From: Gemmatimonadota bacterium
GTDB taxonomy: Bacteria; Gemmatimonadota; Gemmatimonadetes; Palauibacterales; Palauibacteraceae
Direction: 5' to 3'
Length of the DNA: 64,000 bases
Assembly (NCBI GenBank): GCA_046757845.1
Contig: JBHHYZ010000003.1
Location: 26,628-90,627, forward strand
Shown here: positions 26,483 through 35,522 of the stretch, piece after piece
How positions within the stretch are numbered: position 1 is the first letter of the stretch
How the letters are laid out: every line of letters starts with the position of its first letter
The notes under the pieces: model-generated
Seen by the model: the letters and a program-made list of their open reading frames with translations, nothing else
Told to the model about the DNA's origin: nothing
Database searches by the model: none
Made by a program: the position numbers and the translations under genes

Positions 26483-26505
26483 CCGGCCCCCGAGCCTGGG
26501 GCCGG
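26483..26505. terminator. GC-rich hairpin between convergent mlaD and tmRNA
   Basis: CCGGCCCC-cgagcct-GGGGCCGG; an 8-bp stem directly after the mlaD stop. It lacks a clear U-tract. Confidence 0.4.
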
Positions 26506-26525
26506 TGGGAAAGAAATGAAATGAA

Positions 26526-26886
26526 TGGAGGCGGCGGGAATCGAACCCGCGTCCGCGAGCCCTTCCGCCACGGCATCTACGTGCGTAGCCAGGAGTCAGA
26601 ATCTCGCCACGGGACAGCCTCCAGGCTACCTCCCCGCGGCCAGCCGTCGGTCGGCTTGCGCCATCTCATCGCGGACGCCTACGGCGTGCGCCCACGACCA
26701 GCCCGATATCTCGTCGCCTTCCGGCCCGCCTCGGGCACGGCAAATCGGAAGACGGACCGCGTTAGTTACGCGGCCAGTGCCAAGTTGTCGTTGGCAGTTG
26801 AAATCTTTCCCGGTGTTTTACGAGGCCCCGGGACCTCGGCACGCTTCCGCAGCTTCTAGTTCACGCGTCGAAGCCGTATCGCCCCC
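26526..26886 (-). ncRNA. ssrA: tmRNA (SsrA), tag peptide ANDNLALAA, CCA not encoded
   Basis: My own rc gives 5' GGGGGCGATACGGCTTCGACG... and 3' ...GCGGGTTCGATTCCCGCCGCCTCCA. The acceptor pairs GGGGGCG with CGCCUCC through G3:U70. Tag ORF: GCC AAC GAC AAC TTG GCA CTG GCC GCG TAA. Confidence 0.85.
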
Positions 26887-26992
26887 CTCTGCTCTCGAAA
26901 CACGTCCGCGGGCGGTCCCGCAGGCCACAGAGCCCGCCCCCCATCCACACGTTGGACCGTACACCCGGTTCGAAAGATGGGTCCGTCCGGGC

Positions 26993-27757
26993 TCAGTCTG
27001 GAGCGCAGAGGCGGTTGATGCGTGTGGCGGCACAGGCCGCGCCATACCCGTTGTCCACGTTCATCACTGTCAGTCCCGGAGCGCACGATGTCAGCATCGC
27101 CAGCAGGGCGGCCAGGCCGCCCATCGCCACCCCGTAGCCCGTGCTGGCCGGCACACCGATCACAGGCACGGGCAGCAATCCGGCGACGACCGATGGCAAG
27201 GCTCCATCCATCCCCGCCACCACGATCACGACGCTCGCTCCTCTCAGCGCATCCTGGATGCTCAGAATCCGGTGAAGGCCGCTGACTCCCACATCGGCGT
27301 ACAGGTCCACCGGATTGCCGAGCGCGGCCGCCGTGAGGCGGGCCTCTTCCGCGACAGGAAGATCCGCGGTCCCCGCCGTGACGATCGCGACCCGGCCCAG
27401 CACTCGGGCAGTACATGGATCGGAGGGCGGCAGGTGCGCGATACGCCCCAGCTCGGAGAACTGCAGCAGCGGATACTCCGCTCGCAGGCCTTCAAGCTGG
27501 TCCCGGCTGGTCCGCGTCGCGATGAATCCCTCGCCCGCTGCCGCCAGGGACCGGCAGATGTGGAGGACCTCCTCCGTCTGTTTCCCTTCGCACAGAACGG
27601 CTTCAGGGTATCCCAACCGGACGGGCCGGTGGGAGTCCAGACGGGCGAAGCCCAGATTCTCGATGGGGTCCCGGGAGAACATGGAAAGAATCTCGGCGGT
27701 CTCAGTCTCGCCCCGCCGAAACGCTTCTAGCAGACGAATCAGCCGTTCCGCGCTCAC
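26993..27757 (-). CDS. LarB-like (PurE-fold) nickel-pincer cofactor biosynthesis protein homolog
   Basis: 'GEGFIATRTS' and 'AIVTAGTADLPVAEEARLTAAALGNPVDLYADVGVSGLHRI...VVIVVAGMDGALPSVVAGL' show a PurE/NCAIR-mutase-like fold with the LarB-type N-terminal extension. Start estimated at a GTG near 27757. Confidence 0.55.
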   Translation of the reverse strand: MSAERLIRLLEAFRRGETETAEILSMFSRDPIENLGFARLDSHRPVRLGYPEAVLCEGKQTEEVLHICRSLAAAGEGFIATRTSRDQLEGLRAEYPLLQFSELGRIAHLPPSDPCTARVLGRVAIVTAGTADLPVAEEARLTAAALGNPVDLYADVGVSGLHRILSIQDALRGASVVIVVAGMDGALPSVVAGLLPVPVIGVPASTGYGVAMGGLAALLAMLTSCAPGLTVMNVDNGYGAACAATRINRLCAPD

Positions 27758-27928
27758 CGATCGGCTCGCCCGACGCTTCCGCCGACCTGGGGGAGACGCC
27801 GTCCGGGCGGCTTTGACAGCCTTTCGTTCGCATCGGTATACTCGTGTCCGGCTTCGCGGTCCCGAGAACGGGATCTCGGCCCGTGCCTGTTCCACGCAGA
27901 ATTGGCCTCAACTCGAGGAGCGATATAG

Positions 27929-28381
27929 ATGCATCTCCGCGATTTCTTCACTGCCGACGCCATCAAGCTGAATCTGGAATCGGAGACCAAAGACGACGCC
28001 CTGAAAGAGCTCGTGAGCCTGTTCCACCTCGATACGAAATCGGAGGGGATCCTGTTCAAGATGCTCAAGCGACGAGAAAACCTCGGCTCCACCGGCATCG
28101 GGCGCGGCATCGCGATCCCCCACTGCCGATCCCTGGTCGTGAATCGCCTGCGGGTGGCGTTCGGACGCCGACCCTCCGGGCTGGACTTCAAGGCCATCGA
28201 CGAAAAACCCGTGCGATACATCTTTCTGATCGTCGCCCCACCTCTGGAAGTTTCCAATCAGTATCTGCCCGTGCTGGGCAAGATCGCTCAGTTCAGCAAG
28301 GAAAGCGACGTTCCCGAACTGCTGTCCGAGATCCGGCAGCCTGAGGACTTCCTCGAGCTGCTGGAAAAGAAAGGCGTGTGA
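27929..28381 (+). CDS. ptsN: PTS IIA-Ntr type regulatory protein
   Basis: 'GIGRGIAIPHCR' (active-site His) and 'YIFLIVAP'. Confidence 0.75.
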   Translation: MHLRDFFTADAIKLNLESETKDDALKELVSLFHLDTKSEGILFKMLKRRENLGSTGIGRGIAIPHCRSLVVNRLRVAFGRRPSGLDFKAIDEKPVRYIFLIVAPPLEVSNQYLPVLGKIAQFSKESDVPELLSEIRQPEDFLELLEKKGV

Positions 28382-28382
28382 C

Positions 28383-28739
28383 GTGCATCCGCAACTCGAG
28401 CTCCTGCTGGAGATACAGGATCTCCGATCCCAGCGCGCGGCCCTCCAGGAAGCGCCGGTGCGGGAAGTGGAGTCCGGCGTGTTCGACGTCCAGATAGACG
28501 AGGCCCTCTCGCTGCTCGAGCACAAGCTCGAGGAGCTGGCGGACCGGCTGGATTCCGGGGTGAGAAGCCGCTACCGCCAGTTCGTCAGCAGGGACATCCG
28601 CGCCGTGGTCCCGGTGCTCCAGGGCATCTGCTACGGTTGTTTCGTGGCGGTTCCCACGGCGGTCGCCTCGGAGGCCACCCGGAATCAGAAGCTCGCCGTG
28701 TGCGAGAACTGCGGGCGCTTTCTCTATCACGTGAGCTGA
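28383..28739 (+). CDS. C4-type zinc-ribbon domain protein
   Basis: Coiled-coil N-terminus plus 'CYGCFVAV...CENCGRFL'; immediately follows ptsN. Confidence 0.5.
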   Translation: MHPQLELLLEIQDLRSQRAALQEAPVREVESGVFDVQIDEALSLLEHKLEELADRLDSGVRSRYRQFVSRDIRAVVPVLQGICYGCFVAVPTAVASEATRNQKLAVCENCGRFLYHVS

Positions 28740-28800
28740 GCCCAGCGAGCCCGCTCCGCCGGCGTCAGTTTCGCATTCTTGTGCACGTTCACCGTAGCCC

Positions 28801-28850
28801 CCGACGAGTAGGTTGTGAAGGCTTTTCTCACCTCCAGCTTACTCGTCGGC
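28801..28850. repeat. 10-bp perfect inverted repeat with a 29-nt loop between convergent genes
   Basis: CCGACGAGTA...TACTCGTCGG. Confidence 0.3.
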
Positions 28851-28895
28851 TTCCGGTGAACAACCATCTTGCGACTTACAGCTAGGAACGGCCTT

Positions 28896-29381
28896 CTAGC
28901 GAACCAGAAGCAGTCTCCGAACCTGAGCCTCTCCATCCACCAGGAGTTGTACGAAATACGGGCCCGGAGTAAGCTTCTTCCCCTGCAGGTCGCGCCCGTC
29001 CCACACCGCCTCGTAGGATCCTGGGCGAACGAAAGCCACCTGATCAAGCCGCCGCCCCGGCTTCCCGTCATTCCCGCTGAGCTTCGGCATGGCGACGAGT
29101 TGATGGAGGATGTTGTACACTCGCATCGACACGGTGACCGCATGCCCCTTTCGAAACAACGCTTCTCCGAGAATGAACGGCAGGCGTGTCTCCCTGTCGA
29201 ACGGGTTGGGAAAGGCCGGCTGCAGAGAGAAATCGGTTTCGTGCAGGCCCCTGATCCGTCCCCGCGCATCCTGGGCCACGGCGGCGTGGCCGCATGCCAG
29301 GAGCAGCACCAGGATAAGCGGAAAACCTCGCCGGGTCGCTCCCGCCCTCCGCGCGACCAGGCACTCAGCCGGCCAGCTCAC
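28896..29381 (-). CDS. small secreted protein with a T9SS/FlgD-Ig-like C-terminal sorting domain
   Basis: Signal peptide 'LILVLLLACGHAAVAQ'. 'FPNPFDRETRLPFIL...VTVSMRVYNILHQLVAM...YEAVWDGRDLQGKKLTPGPYFVQLLVDGEAQVRRLLLV' matches the Por-secretion C-terminal-domain pattern. Confidence 0.4.
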   Translation of the reverse strand: MSWPAECLVARRAGATRRGFPLILVLLLACGHAAVAQDARGRIRGLHETDFSLQPAFPNPFDRETRLPFILGEALFRKGHAVTVSMRVYNILHQLVAMPKLSGNDGKPGRRLDQVAFVRPGSYEAVWDGRDLQGKKLTPGPYFVQLLVDGEAQVRRLLLVR

Positions 29382-31284
29382 GTCCCTCTCCCGTGCGGCG
29401 CGTCACGCCCCGTCGATCCAGATACTCCAGGATCGGGATCAGGTACTTGCGGCTAACGCCGAACGCCTCCTTGAACACGCCGGGCGCCGCTACCCGCTCC
29501 CTCGCGAGCAGCTCCCGGGCTCGTGCGGCCAGCTCCTCCGCGAGCGCCGCTTGAAGATAGATCTCGGGCGTCAGCGCGACGATCTTCCCCTCTTCCTGGA
29601 GCAGCAGCAGCAGGTCCTGGAGCAGGTCGCGCTCCATCCGGAGAGTCCGTTCCAGGTCCGACAGGGTCTCGGGCTCCGCTCCGCCCGCGCGGATCGACTC
29701 CAGCAGGCGTTCCTGCTGCCTTCGTTCCTCATCCGTAAGCGCGGGTCGGTGATCCGGCAGACGAGCGCCGGGACCGTGGATCTCTACCCGCCCTGCCTCC
29801 GCCATGCGGGCCAGAACGTGGTCCACGAGCTCGTCGGCGAAGCGCCTTTTCCCGACCTCCTTGAGGGCCCCCAGCGACACGGCAGCCACCCGGCGCCGCT
29901 GTCGATGCAGCCGGCGAAGCTCACCTTCGAGGAACTCGGCCGCTTCCTCGGCTCGGCGGCTCGTGAACCACCGGTCCTTGACGCGAAGGAGACCGCTCAC
30001 CTCCCGCCCCAGCAATCCGGCCACTTCCTCTGACGGAAGTCCCGTCACCAGCGGCATTCTTGGAGTCTCGACCCCGCGGCCGCCGTGCAAGCCGACCGCC
30101 GCCACCAGCGCCTCCTCCGGGGAGCCATCCAGAATCCGCTTCCACTCCGCCAGGCTCTGGCGCCAGCCGCGGCCCGGCTGCAGCTGGGCGACCTGCCCGC
30201 CGCCCAGGGTGCAGACCGGCGAGTAGAAGCGGAGCACGAAGCGATCCTTCACGCGCGCTACCAGGGCCTCCTCGAGCCACAGCAGGGCCCAACCCCTCCG
30301 GCCCGGCTCCAACTCGCCGCCTTCCGGAAGCAGCACGCGCGCCATCACCTCTTTCGTTCCCAGATACACCCGTAGCCTGCGCTCGTGATCCACAGGTCGG
30401 CCCGCCCCCGCGAGCACCTCGATACGGACGCCCAGCCGGCGGCACTCCTCCCACACTTCGTCGCGCACGGCCACGGTGCCTCGTGGCACCCGCTGGGCCT
30501 GAACCCCCACCAGGGCCATGGCGCACCGCCGACCGGCTCCGACCGCTCGGCGCGCTTCCCCATGAACCTGAAGTCCCCGAACGCGAGCCCGCCGGCCCAG
30601 CGGCCATAGCAGGACCTCCTCCCCCGTCCTCACTTCGCCGCTCCACACGGTCCCGGTCACCACAGTCCCCGTCCCTCGAACGGAGAACGACCGGTCAATG
30701 GGCAGTCGGAACAGGTCATCCACCGGCCGATCCTTCACATCGCCGGCCGCCCCTTTCAGGGCCTCACGCAGCCCGACCATGCCTTCTCCCGTGGTGGAAG
30801 ATACCGGCAGGATCGGCCACTCCCCGTGGCCGAGTGTCCGCCGCAGCGCATCGCGCGTCGCCTCCCGAGCCAGATCGAGCCAGTCCTCATCCACCCTGTC
30901 CGCCTTGGTGAGCGCCACCACTCCACGGTTCACACCCAACAGCTTCGCGATGGACAGATGCTCGAACGTCTGCGGCATGGGCCCTTCATCCGCCGCAACC
31001 ACCAGCAGCAGAAGATCGATGCCCGTCGCGCCGGCCAGCATGTTCTTGAGGAAATCCTCGTGCCCCGGCACATCCACGACACCGGCCTCGATGCCGGTCC
31101 CCAGGCTCAAACGGGCGAACCCGATATCGATGGTCAGGCCCCGTTCCTTCTCTTCCTTCCACCGGTCCGTATCCACTCCGGTGAGCGCCCGGACGAGCGA
31201 TGTCTTGCCGTGGTCCACATGGCCGGCCGTACCCACCACGATGCCCTTCGGAGTCGCGCCGGGGCTTCGCTCGGATGGAGTCAC
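29365..31284 (-). CDS. selB: selenocysteine-specific translation elongation factor
   Basis: '[16 protein letters not shown]', 'DVPGHEDF' and 'LTKADRV' form the GTPase; the long C-terminal winged-helix region is typical of bacterial SelB; 639 aa. Confidence 0.85.
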   Translation of the reverse strand: MTPSERSPGATPKGIVVGTAGHVDHGKTSLVRALTGVDTDRWKEEKERGLTIDIGFARLSLGTGIEAGVVDVPGHEDFLKNMLAGATGIDLLLLVVAADEGPMPQTFEHLSIAKLLGVNRGVVALTKADRVDEDWLDLAREATRDALRRTLGHGEWPILPVSSTTGEGMVGLREALKGAAGDVKDRPVDDLFRLPIDRSFSVRGTGTVVTGTVWSGEVRTGEEVLLWPLGRRARVRGLQVHGEARRAVGAGRRCAMALVGVQAQRVPRGTVAVRDEVWEECRRLGVRIEVLAGAGRPVDHERRLRVYLGTKEVMARVLLPEGGELEPGRRGWALLWLEEALVARVKDRFVLRFYSPVCTLGGGQVAQLQPGRGWRQSLAEWKRILDGSPEEALVAAVGLHGGRGVETPRMPLVTGLPSEEVAGLLGREVSGLLRVKDRWFTSRRAEEAAEFLEGELRRLHRQRRRVAAVSLGALKEVGKRRFADELVDHVLARMAEAGRVEIHGPGARLPDHRPALTDEERRQQERLLESIRAGGAEPETLSDLERTLRMERDLLQDLLLLLQEEGKIVALTPEIYLQAALAEELAARARELLARERVAAPGVFKEAFGVSRKYLIPILEYLDRRGVTRRTGEGRELAG

Positions 31285-32006
31285 GGCAAGCCTCCCAGAA
31301 AATCGAGCGATCGCAGGCGCGTCCCTTCCGCCATGTGGTAGCGGATGAAGTCGGCCACCAGCCTACCCTGCGAGGCGCCCACCGGACCCGCTACCTCCTC
31401 GGCCCGCCCGAGCAGGCCCCGCAAGCCGGCCAGCTCGACGGGATCGACCCGGCGGCCCACGGGAGCGCACTCGCCGCAACGTAGTCCACCCGCTTCGAAA
31501 TCGAAGCGGGCTCCCCGGCCCACGGGAATGGGTCGGTGGCACTCCACGCAAGCGTCAAGATCCGGTTCGAACCCCAGAATGACCACGAGCCGCCAGATGT
31601 GCCGGAGCGCCACCGTCTCGACGGCTCCACCCGGGGCCTCCATCAGCGCGTCCAGACCCCGCGTCAGCTCGCCGTACAGCCTCTTATCGGGATGCTCCGG
31701 CGCGAGCCTGAGAACCAGCTCGCAGAGGACCGAGGCTCCGGTGAACGCGTGAACATCTCGAGCCAGCGGCTGCCGAGCTCGAATCAGCTCGAACCCCGAG
31801 AGCGTGCAGAGCTCGCGGTTCTCCCGGACATATAGCGTAGCCACGCCTTCCACGAAGGGTTCCAGGAGGCCGCCGAACCGACTCCTGGGGCGAAGCGCAC
31901 CGCGGGCGAGGGCGGAGCGCGGACCCAGCTCCGCCGTCATCAGGCGCAGAATCTTGCTGGTGTCGCTGTAACGGTACGTCTGGAGAACGATCGTTCGTGT
32001 CGTTAC
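31281..32006 (-). CDS. recO: DNA repair protein RecO
   Basis: '[28 protein letters not shown]' and the C-terminal Cys cluster 'CVECHRP...CGEC'. Likely GTG start near 32006. Confidence 0.7.
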   Translation of the reverse strand, partial: VTTRTIVLQTYRYSDTSKILRLMTAELGPRSALARGALRPRSRFGGLLEPFVEGVATLYVRENRELCTLSGFELIRARQPLARDVHAFTGASVLCELVLRLAPEHPDKRLYGELTRGLDALMEAPGGAVETVALRHIWRLVVILGFEPDLDACVECHRPIPVGRGARFDFEAGGLRCGECAPVGRRVDPVELAGLRGLLGRAEEVAGPVGASQGRLVADFIRYHMAEGTRLRSLDFLGGLP

Positions 32007-32128
32007 CAGCCCCACCGCGTCTCTCCGAGGGTTTGCGACCCGAGAAAGCTTTTCTGCCGCTCCTTCCACGGCGGTCGGGGCCACCGTGGGTGCGGTGCAT
32101 CGCTCGTCCGCGCCCCCTCCACCACCTG

Positions 32129-33238
32129 CTAGCGGAGCGCGATGTCGGTCGAGCCGAACCCGGACGTGATGCTGGAGATCTCCGCTCCGTTGGAATCCAG
32201 CAGATACAGCCGCCCGGGTGCCGCGGTTGAGAAGGTGGCGCACAGGAGGCGGCCATCCGCCATGGCGGTCGCCACCCAGCACGCGATGTCCGCTCCGTTC
32301 ACGTCCACGGGCTGGATGGGATTGTCGGGTCCCCGTACCCAATCCCCGGTGGAAGGATTGAACATCAGCACCTGGATGCTCTGGAAGTCCAGAGTCGTCG
32401 TCACATAGACCCGGCCATTCTTTCCGGCTTCCAGGGACAGTCCGTTTCCGCCCAGCGGCAGGGTTTCGACGACCGCACTCGCCGACGGGCGGGTCTGGAC
32501 GAGCGTTCCATTGCCGACCGGCATGAAGTTCGCATCGAAACCGCCCGAAGCCATGACAGTGAGCCGATCTTCCGTGAAGATCGCATCCCGTGCGTTCACG
32601 CTGCCCGGCAGGGAGAATGCCGCCACCTGGAGACCGCTCGTGACATTGATCACGATGACGCGTGCATCCCCGAGGGGCTGAAATGTCCCTCCCTCGTCAT
32701 CGAGATTCGCGTCGACCAGAACCAGGACATTGCCACCCGGAAGCACCCGCTCCACGAACTCTCCGACATCCTGAGACACGAGAGAAGCGACGGCCTGATT
32801 CGGGGTGGCCCGGAACACCTGGTTGGTGCCGCGACCGGCCACCCACGCATTCACCTCCCCGGCGACGTTCACCGACAGCGTCGCCTTACCTGGATTGACG
32901 GCCGTACCCGCTCCCTGGAACGCGACCTGAAGCTGCGAACCGTTCTCCAGGCTACCGAAGATCAGCTGACTGCCGCCGAACGAGCTGATCGTGGTCACAA
33001 ACAGGGGAGAAAACACATCGATCGCATCCCCATCGAAGTTCTCGGGGAGCACGATGTCCGGAGCGGCGACGCTCAATCCCTCCCCGACCGAAAAGCGGCC
33101 GATCGTCTTCCCGACGGAATTGAGCACGAACACACTGCCGAAATCCGTCCTCGGCGGCGGATTGACTCCCGCGCTCGTGCCGCAGCCCGCGAGCGCGGCC
33201 AGTGAAGTCCCTGCGATGAGTGTTCGGACGAGTTTCAT
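32129..33238 (-). CDS. lipoprotein with beta-propeller-like repeats
   Basis: Lipobox 'LAALAGCGT'. Repeated 'G..V.V/..NG..' strands. It lies immediately downstream of the TonB-dependent receptor of the B12-riboswitch operon. Confidence 0.45.
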   Translation of the reverse strand: MKLVRTLIAGTSLAALAGCGTSAGVNPPPRTDFGSVFVLNSVGKTIGRFSVGEGLSVAAPDIVLPENFDGDAIDVFSPLFVTTISSFGGSQLIFGSLENGSQLQVAFQGAGTAVNPGKATLSVNVAGEVNAWVAGRGTNQVFRATPNQAVASLVSQDVGEFVERVLPGGNVLVLVDANLDDEGGTFQPLGDARVIVINVTSGLQVAAFSLPGSVNARDAIFTEDRLTVMASGGFDANFMPVGNGTLVQTRPSASAVVETLPLGGNGLSLEAGKNGRVYVTTTLDFQSIQVLMFNPSTGDWVRGPDNPIQPVDVNGADIACWVATAMADGRLLCATFSTAAPGRLYLLDSNGAEISSITSGFGSTDIALR

Positions 33239-35451
33239 CTCGGTCTCCTGTCTCGAGTCAAGCTACTCCCTGGTGTGGCTCTCGGCGACGCCCGCTCGCC
33301 GCGATGTGTCCGCTCCGGGGCCGCGAAGCTCAGGCGCATCTCCAGCCGGCGTCCCGGCTCGGGGAAAAGGGCTATCACTTCATAACGTCGATCCAGCAGG
33401 TTACGGATCCGCAACTCCGCGCGGAGCGGCAGGTCGCCCAGGTTCATCTCCTGCGTCGCGGACACGTCGACCAGACTGAAGGCGGGAAGATGGTGCGTGC
33501 CGGCCAGGGTCGTGGTTCGAGCGCCGGTGAGCGCCCACTCGGCCGTGAACACCCGGGAACCCACCCTTCTGGCCAGGTTTACCCGGGCGCGATGCCCCGG
33601 CTGGTACGGCAGCGACCGCTGGGTCGCTTCCGACGGGATGCGGCTTCGCGAGGCGCTACCCGCAAGCCCGATCCGCCACCCGCGAGCCGGGCGCCACCGG
33701 GCCTCCCACTCCAATCCCCGAGCGTTCAGCCGCTCCAGATTCCTAGGACTCCAGATGGCTACGCTACTGGCCAACCACACGATCGGATTCGCCGTACGCC
33801 GGGAATAGAAGCTCACGCGAGCCTGCAACGACCCGTTCTCCGCCTCCCATTCCGCTCCGAGCTCCGCATCCCGTCGGACCTTCTCGGCCCGGAGATCCGG
33901 GTTCGGCCGAACTCCGTAGGCCGCCGCAAAGTACAGATCGCTGAACGTCGGAAAGCGGAACGCCTGCCCGATTCTCCCCCACAACGTCCACCCGGAAGCC
34001 GGACGGCCGGTGAGCACGAGGCCGGGGCTCCACGACCGCTCGCCCGGCCCGAAATCCAGGGTCAAACTGGGCCGAATCTCGAACTGCGGGCCGCCGAAGG
34101 TTCGGGACACGGTAATCCCCGCGGACAACCGCGCCGGAGCCTTCCGAAGTCCGTCGCCGGAGACGGTCTCGCGCTCGGCGCGAAAGGACGCACGCCAGGC
34201 TCCGTTCCACCGCATCGTCCCGCGAAGCCGGAGGTCCGCCGCACGCTGGCGCTGGTCCGTGCCCGAGGCTGGATCTCGATACCGTAGCCACCGAGAACGG
34301 AACGCCCCCGACCACTCTCGAGAAGAACCCGTTCCGTACCGTACCGAGGCCTGGACGCCCCGGTCACTCCACCTGGCTCGATCGAACAGATCCGTGCCCA
34401 TGCGCCCCGGAGAACCCCGCTCGACCCGGCTGATTCTAAACCGGCCAGACAGGGGAAGGCGACGCGGAGACCCCGACAGCGCAACGTTCCATCCATGCGC
34501 GTCCGCGTTCTTCCGCACCTCGCGTGGCCGGCCCGGCGTCACCCGATCTCGGAAGGTGAAATCGTTGTCGCTGTCCTCCAGCCGACCACTCAGCGAGAGG
34601 ACGCCGGCCGACCCCTTCGAGGACAGGAACACGTCCGCCGCCCTTCGCCCGAAGGATCCTTTCTCTATCCCCCCCCGCCACATCCGGCCCTCCGGTTGAC
34701 GGGACCGAAGCAGGAGCACCCCCCCGAGGGCTCCGGAACCGTACTCCGCACCGGCTCCCGGGATGACCGTGGCCGACTCCAGCGTCGACCCCGGGATCCC
34801 GGAGAGGTCCGCTTCGCCCGAAACCGGATCGTTCACGGGCACTCCATCGAGCAGAACCAGCACTCCGGAAGGGCGACTGCCTCGCAGGCTGACCACCTGG
34901 CGCCCACCGGCCCCATACTCTCTCACCCCGACGCCGGGCAAGCCGCGCAGCCAGTCGGCGAGGGTGGACAGCTCCTGCTCCGCATGGGTGAAATCGAGAC
35001 GTTGCGCCGCGCGACCCGGCATCCACACCCACCCGCCCCGGTCCACCGTGGCCACCAGCTCCCGGACCACGAACGGGCGGGGCTGCAGAGTCAGCCTCAC
35101 ACGCACCCACTCTCCGGAGGCCACCCGAACGATCTTCTCCAACCGGGAATAGCCGGCGGCTTCGATGTCCAGGAGATAGCGGCCCGCCGCGACAGCCCGG
35201 TTGAGATACCGGCCATCGCCCAGCTCTTCGACCGCCCACGTGAATGCTTCCTTCCTCCGGAGGTCCGGCTCTCCCTCACCGCGGATCGGGCGCGGGACCC
35301 GAAGTGTCACTCGCGCGCCCTCGATCGGTCTGCCGGCCCCCTCAAGCTCCACAACCACCGCACCGGGCCGGGCCGGTGGCAGAGGCGGTTCCTGGGCCGA
35401 GAGCGGACCGGCCGAAAGAGCCACCCGAGCGACCAGCGTGAGGCAGATGAC
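33235..35451 (-). CDS. TonB-dependent outer-membrane receptor (BtuB-like by context)
   Basis: Signal peptide, CarbopepD_reg-like N-terminus, plug ('VVSLRGSRPSGVLVLLDGVPVND') and a 22-strand barrel. The start is uncertain (around 35451). 29 residues follow the expected terminal '...EMRLSF'. Confidence 0.75.
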   Translation of the reverse strand, partial: VICLTLVARVALSAGPLSAQEPPLPPARPGAVVVELEGAGRPIEGARVTLRVPRPIRGEGEPDLRRKEAFTWAVEELGDGRYLNRAVAAGRYLLDIEAAGYSRLEKIVRVASGEWVRVRLTLQPRPFVVRELVATVDRGGWVWMPGRAAQRLDFTHAEQELSTLADWLRGLPGVGVREYGAGGRQVVSLRGSRPSGVLVLLDGVPVNDPVSGEADLSGIPGSTLESATVIPGAGAEYGSGALGGVLLLRSRQPEGRMWRGGIEKGSFGRRAADVFLSSKGSAGVLSLSGRLEDSDNDFTFRDRVTPGRPREVRKNADAHGWNVALSGSPRRLPLSGRFRISRVERGSPGRMGTDLFDRARWSDRGVQASVRYGTGSSREWSGAFRSRWLRYRDPASGTDQRQRAADLRLRGTMRWNGAWRASFRAERETVSGDGLRKAPARLSAGITVSRTFGGPQFEIRPSLTLDFGPGERSWSPGLVLTGRPASGWTLWGRIGQAFRFPTFSDLYFAAAYGVRPNPDLRAEKVRRDAELGAEWEAENGSLQARVSFYSRRTANPIVWLASSVAIWSPRNLERLNARGLEWEARWRPARGWRIGLAGSASRSRIPSEATQRSLPYQPGHRARVNLARRVGSRVFTAEWALTGARTTTLAGTHHLPAFSLVDVSATQEMNLGDLPLRAELRIRNLLDRRYEVIALFPEPGRRLEMRLSFAAPERTHRGERASPRATPGSSLTRDRRPR

Positions 35452-35522
35452 GGGCAGAGTCCGGGCCGCTCGTGTCTCGCCCGGTCGATCCGGGCCCGAT
35501 CGCCGCCCTATCGCCCGCCGTC

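Noticed and set aside
26960-26985. 'CCGGTTCGAAAGATGG', a possible tRNA T-loop
   Set aside because: No acceptor or anticodon stems can be built around it, and it lies inside the LarB-like coding region.
26525-27730. 401-aa plus-strand ORF starting 'MEAAGIEPAS'
   Set aside because: It begins inside the tmRNA on the opposite strand and overlaps the LarB-like gene antisense. No protein motifs.
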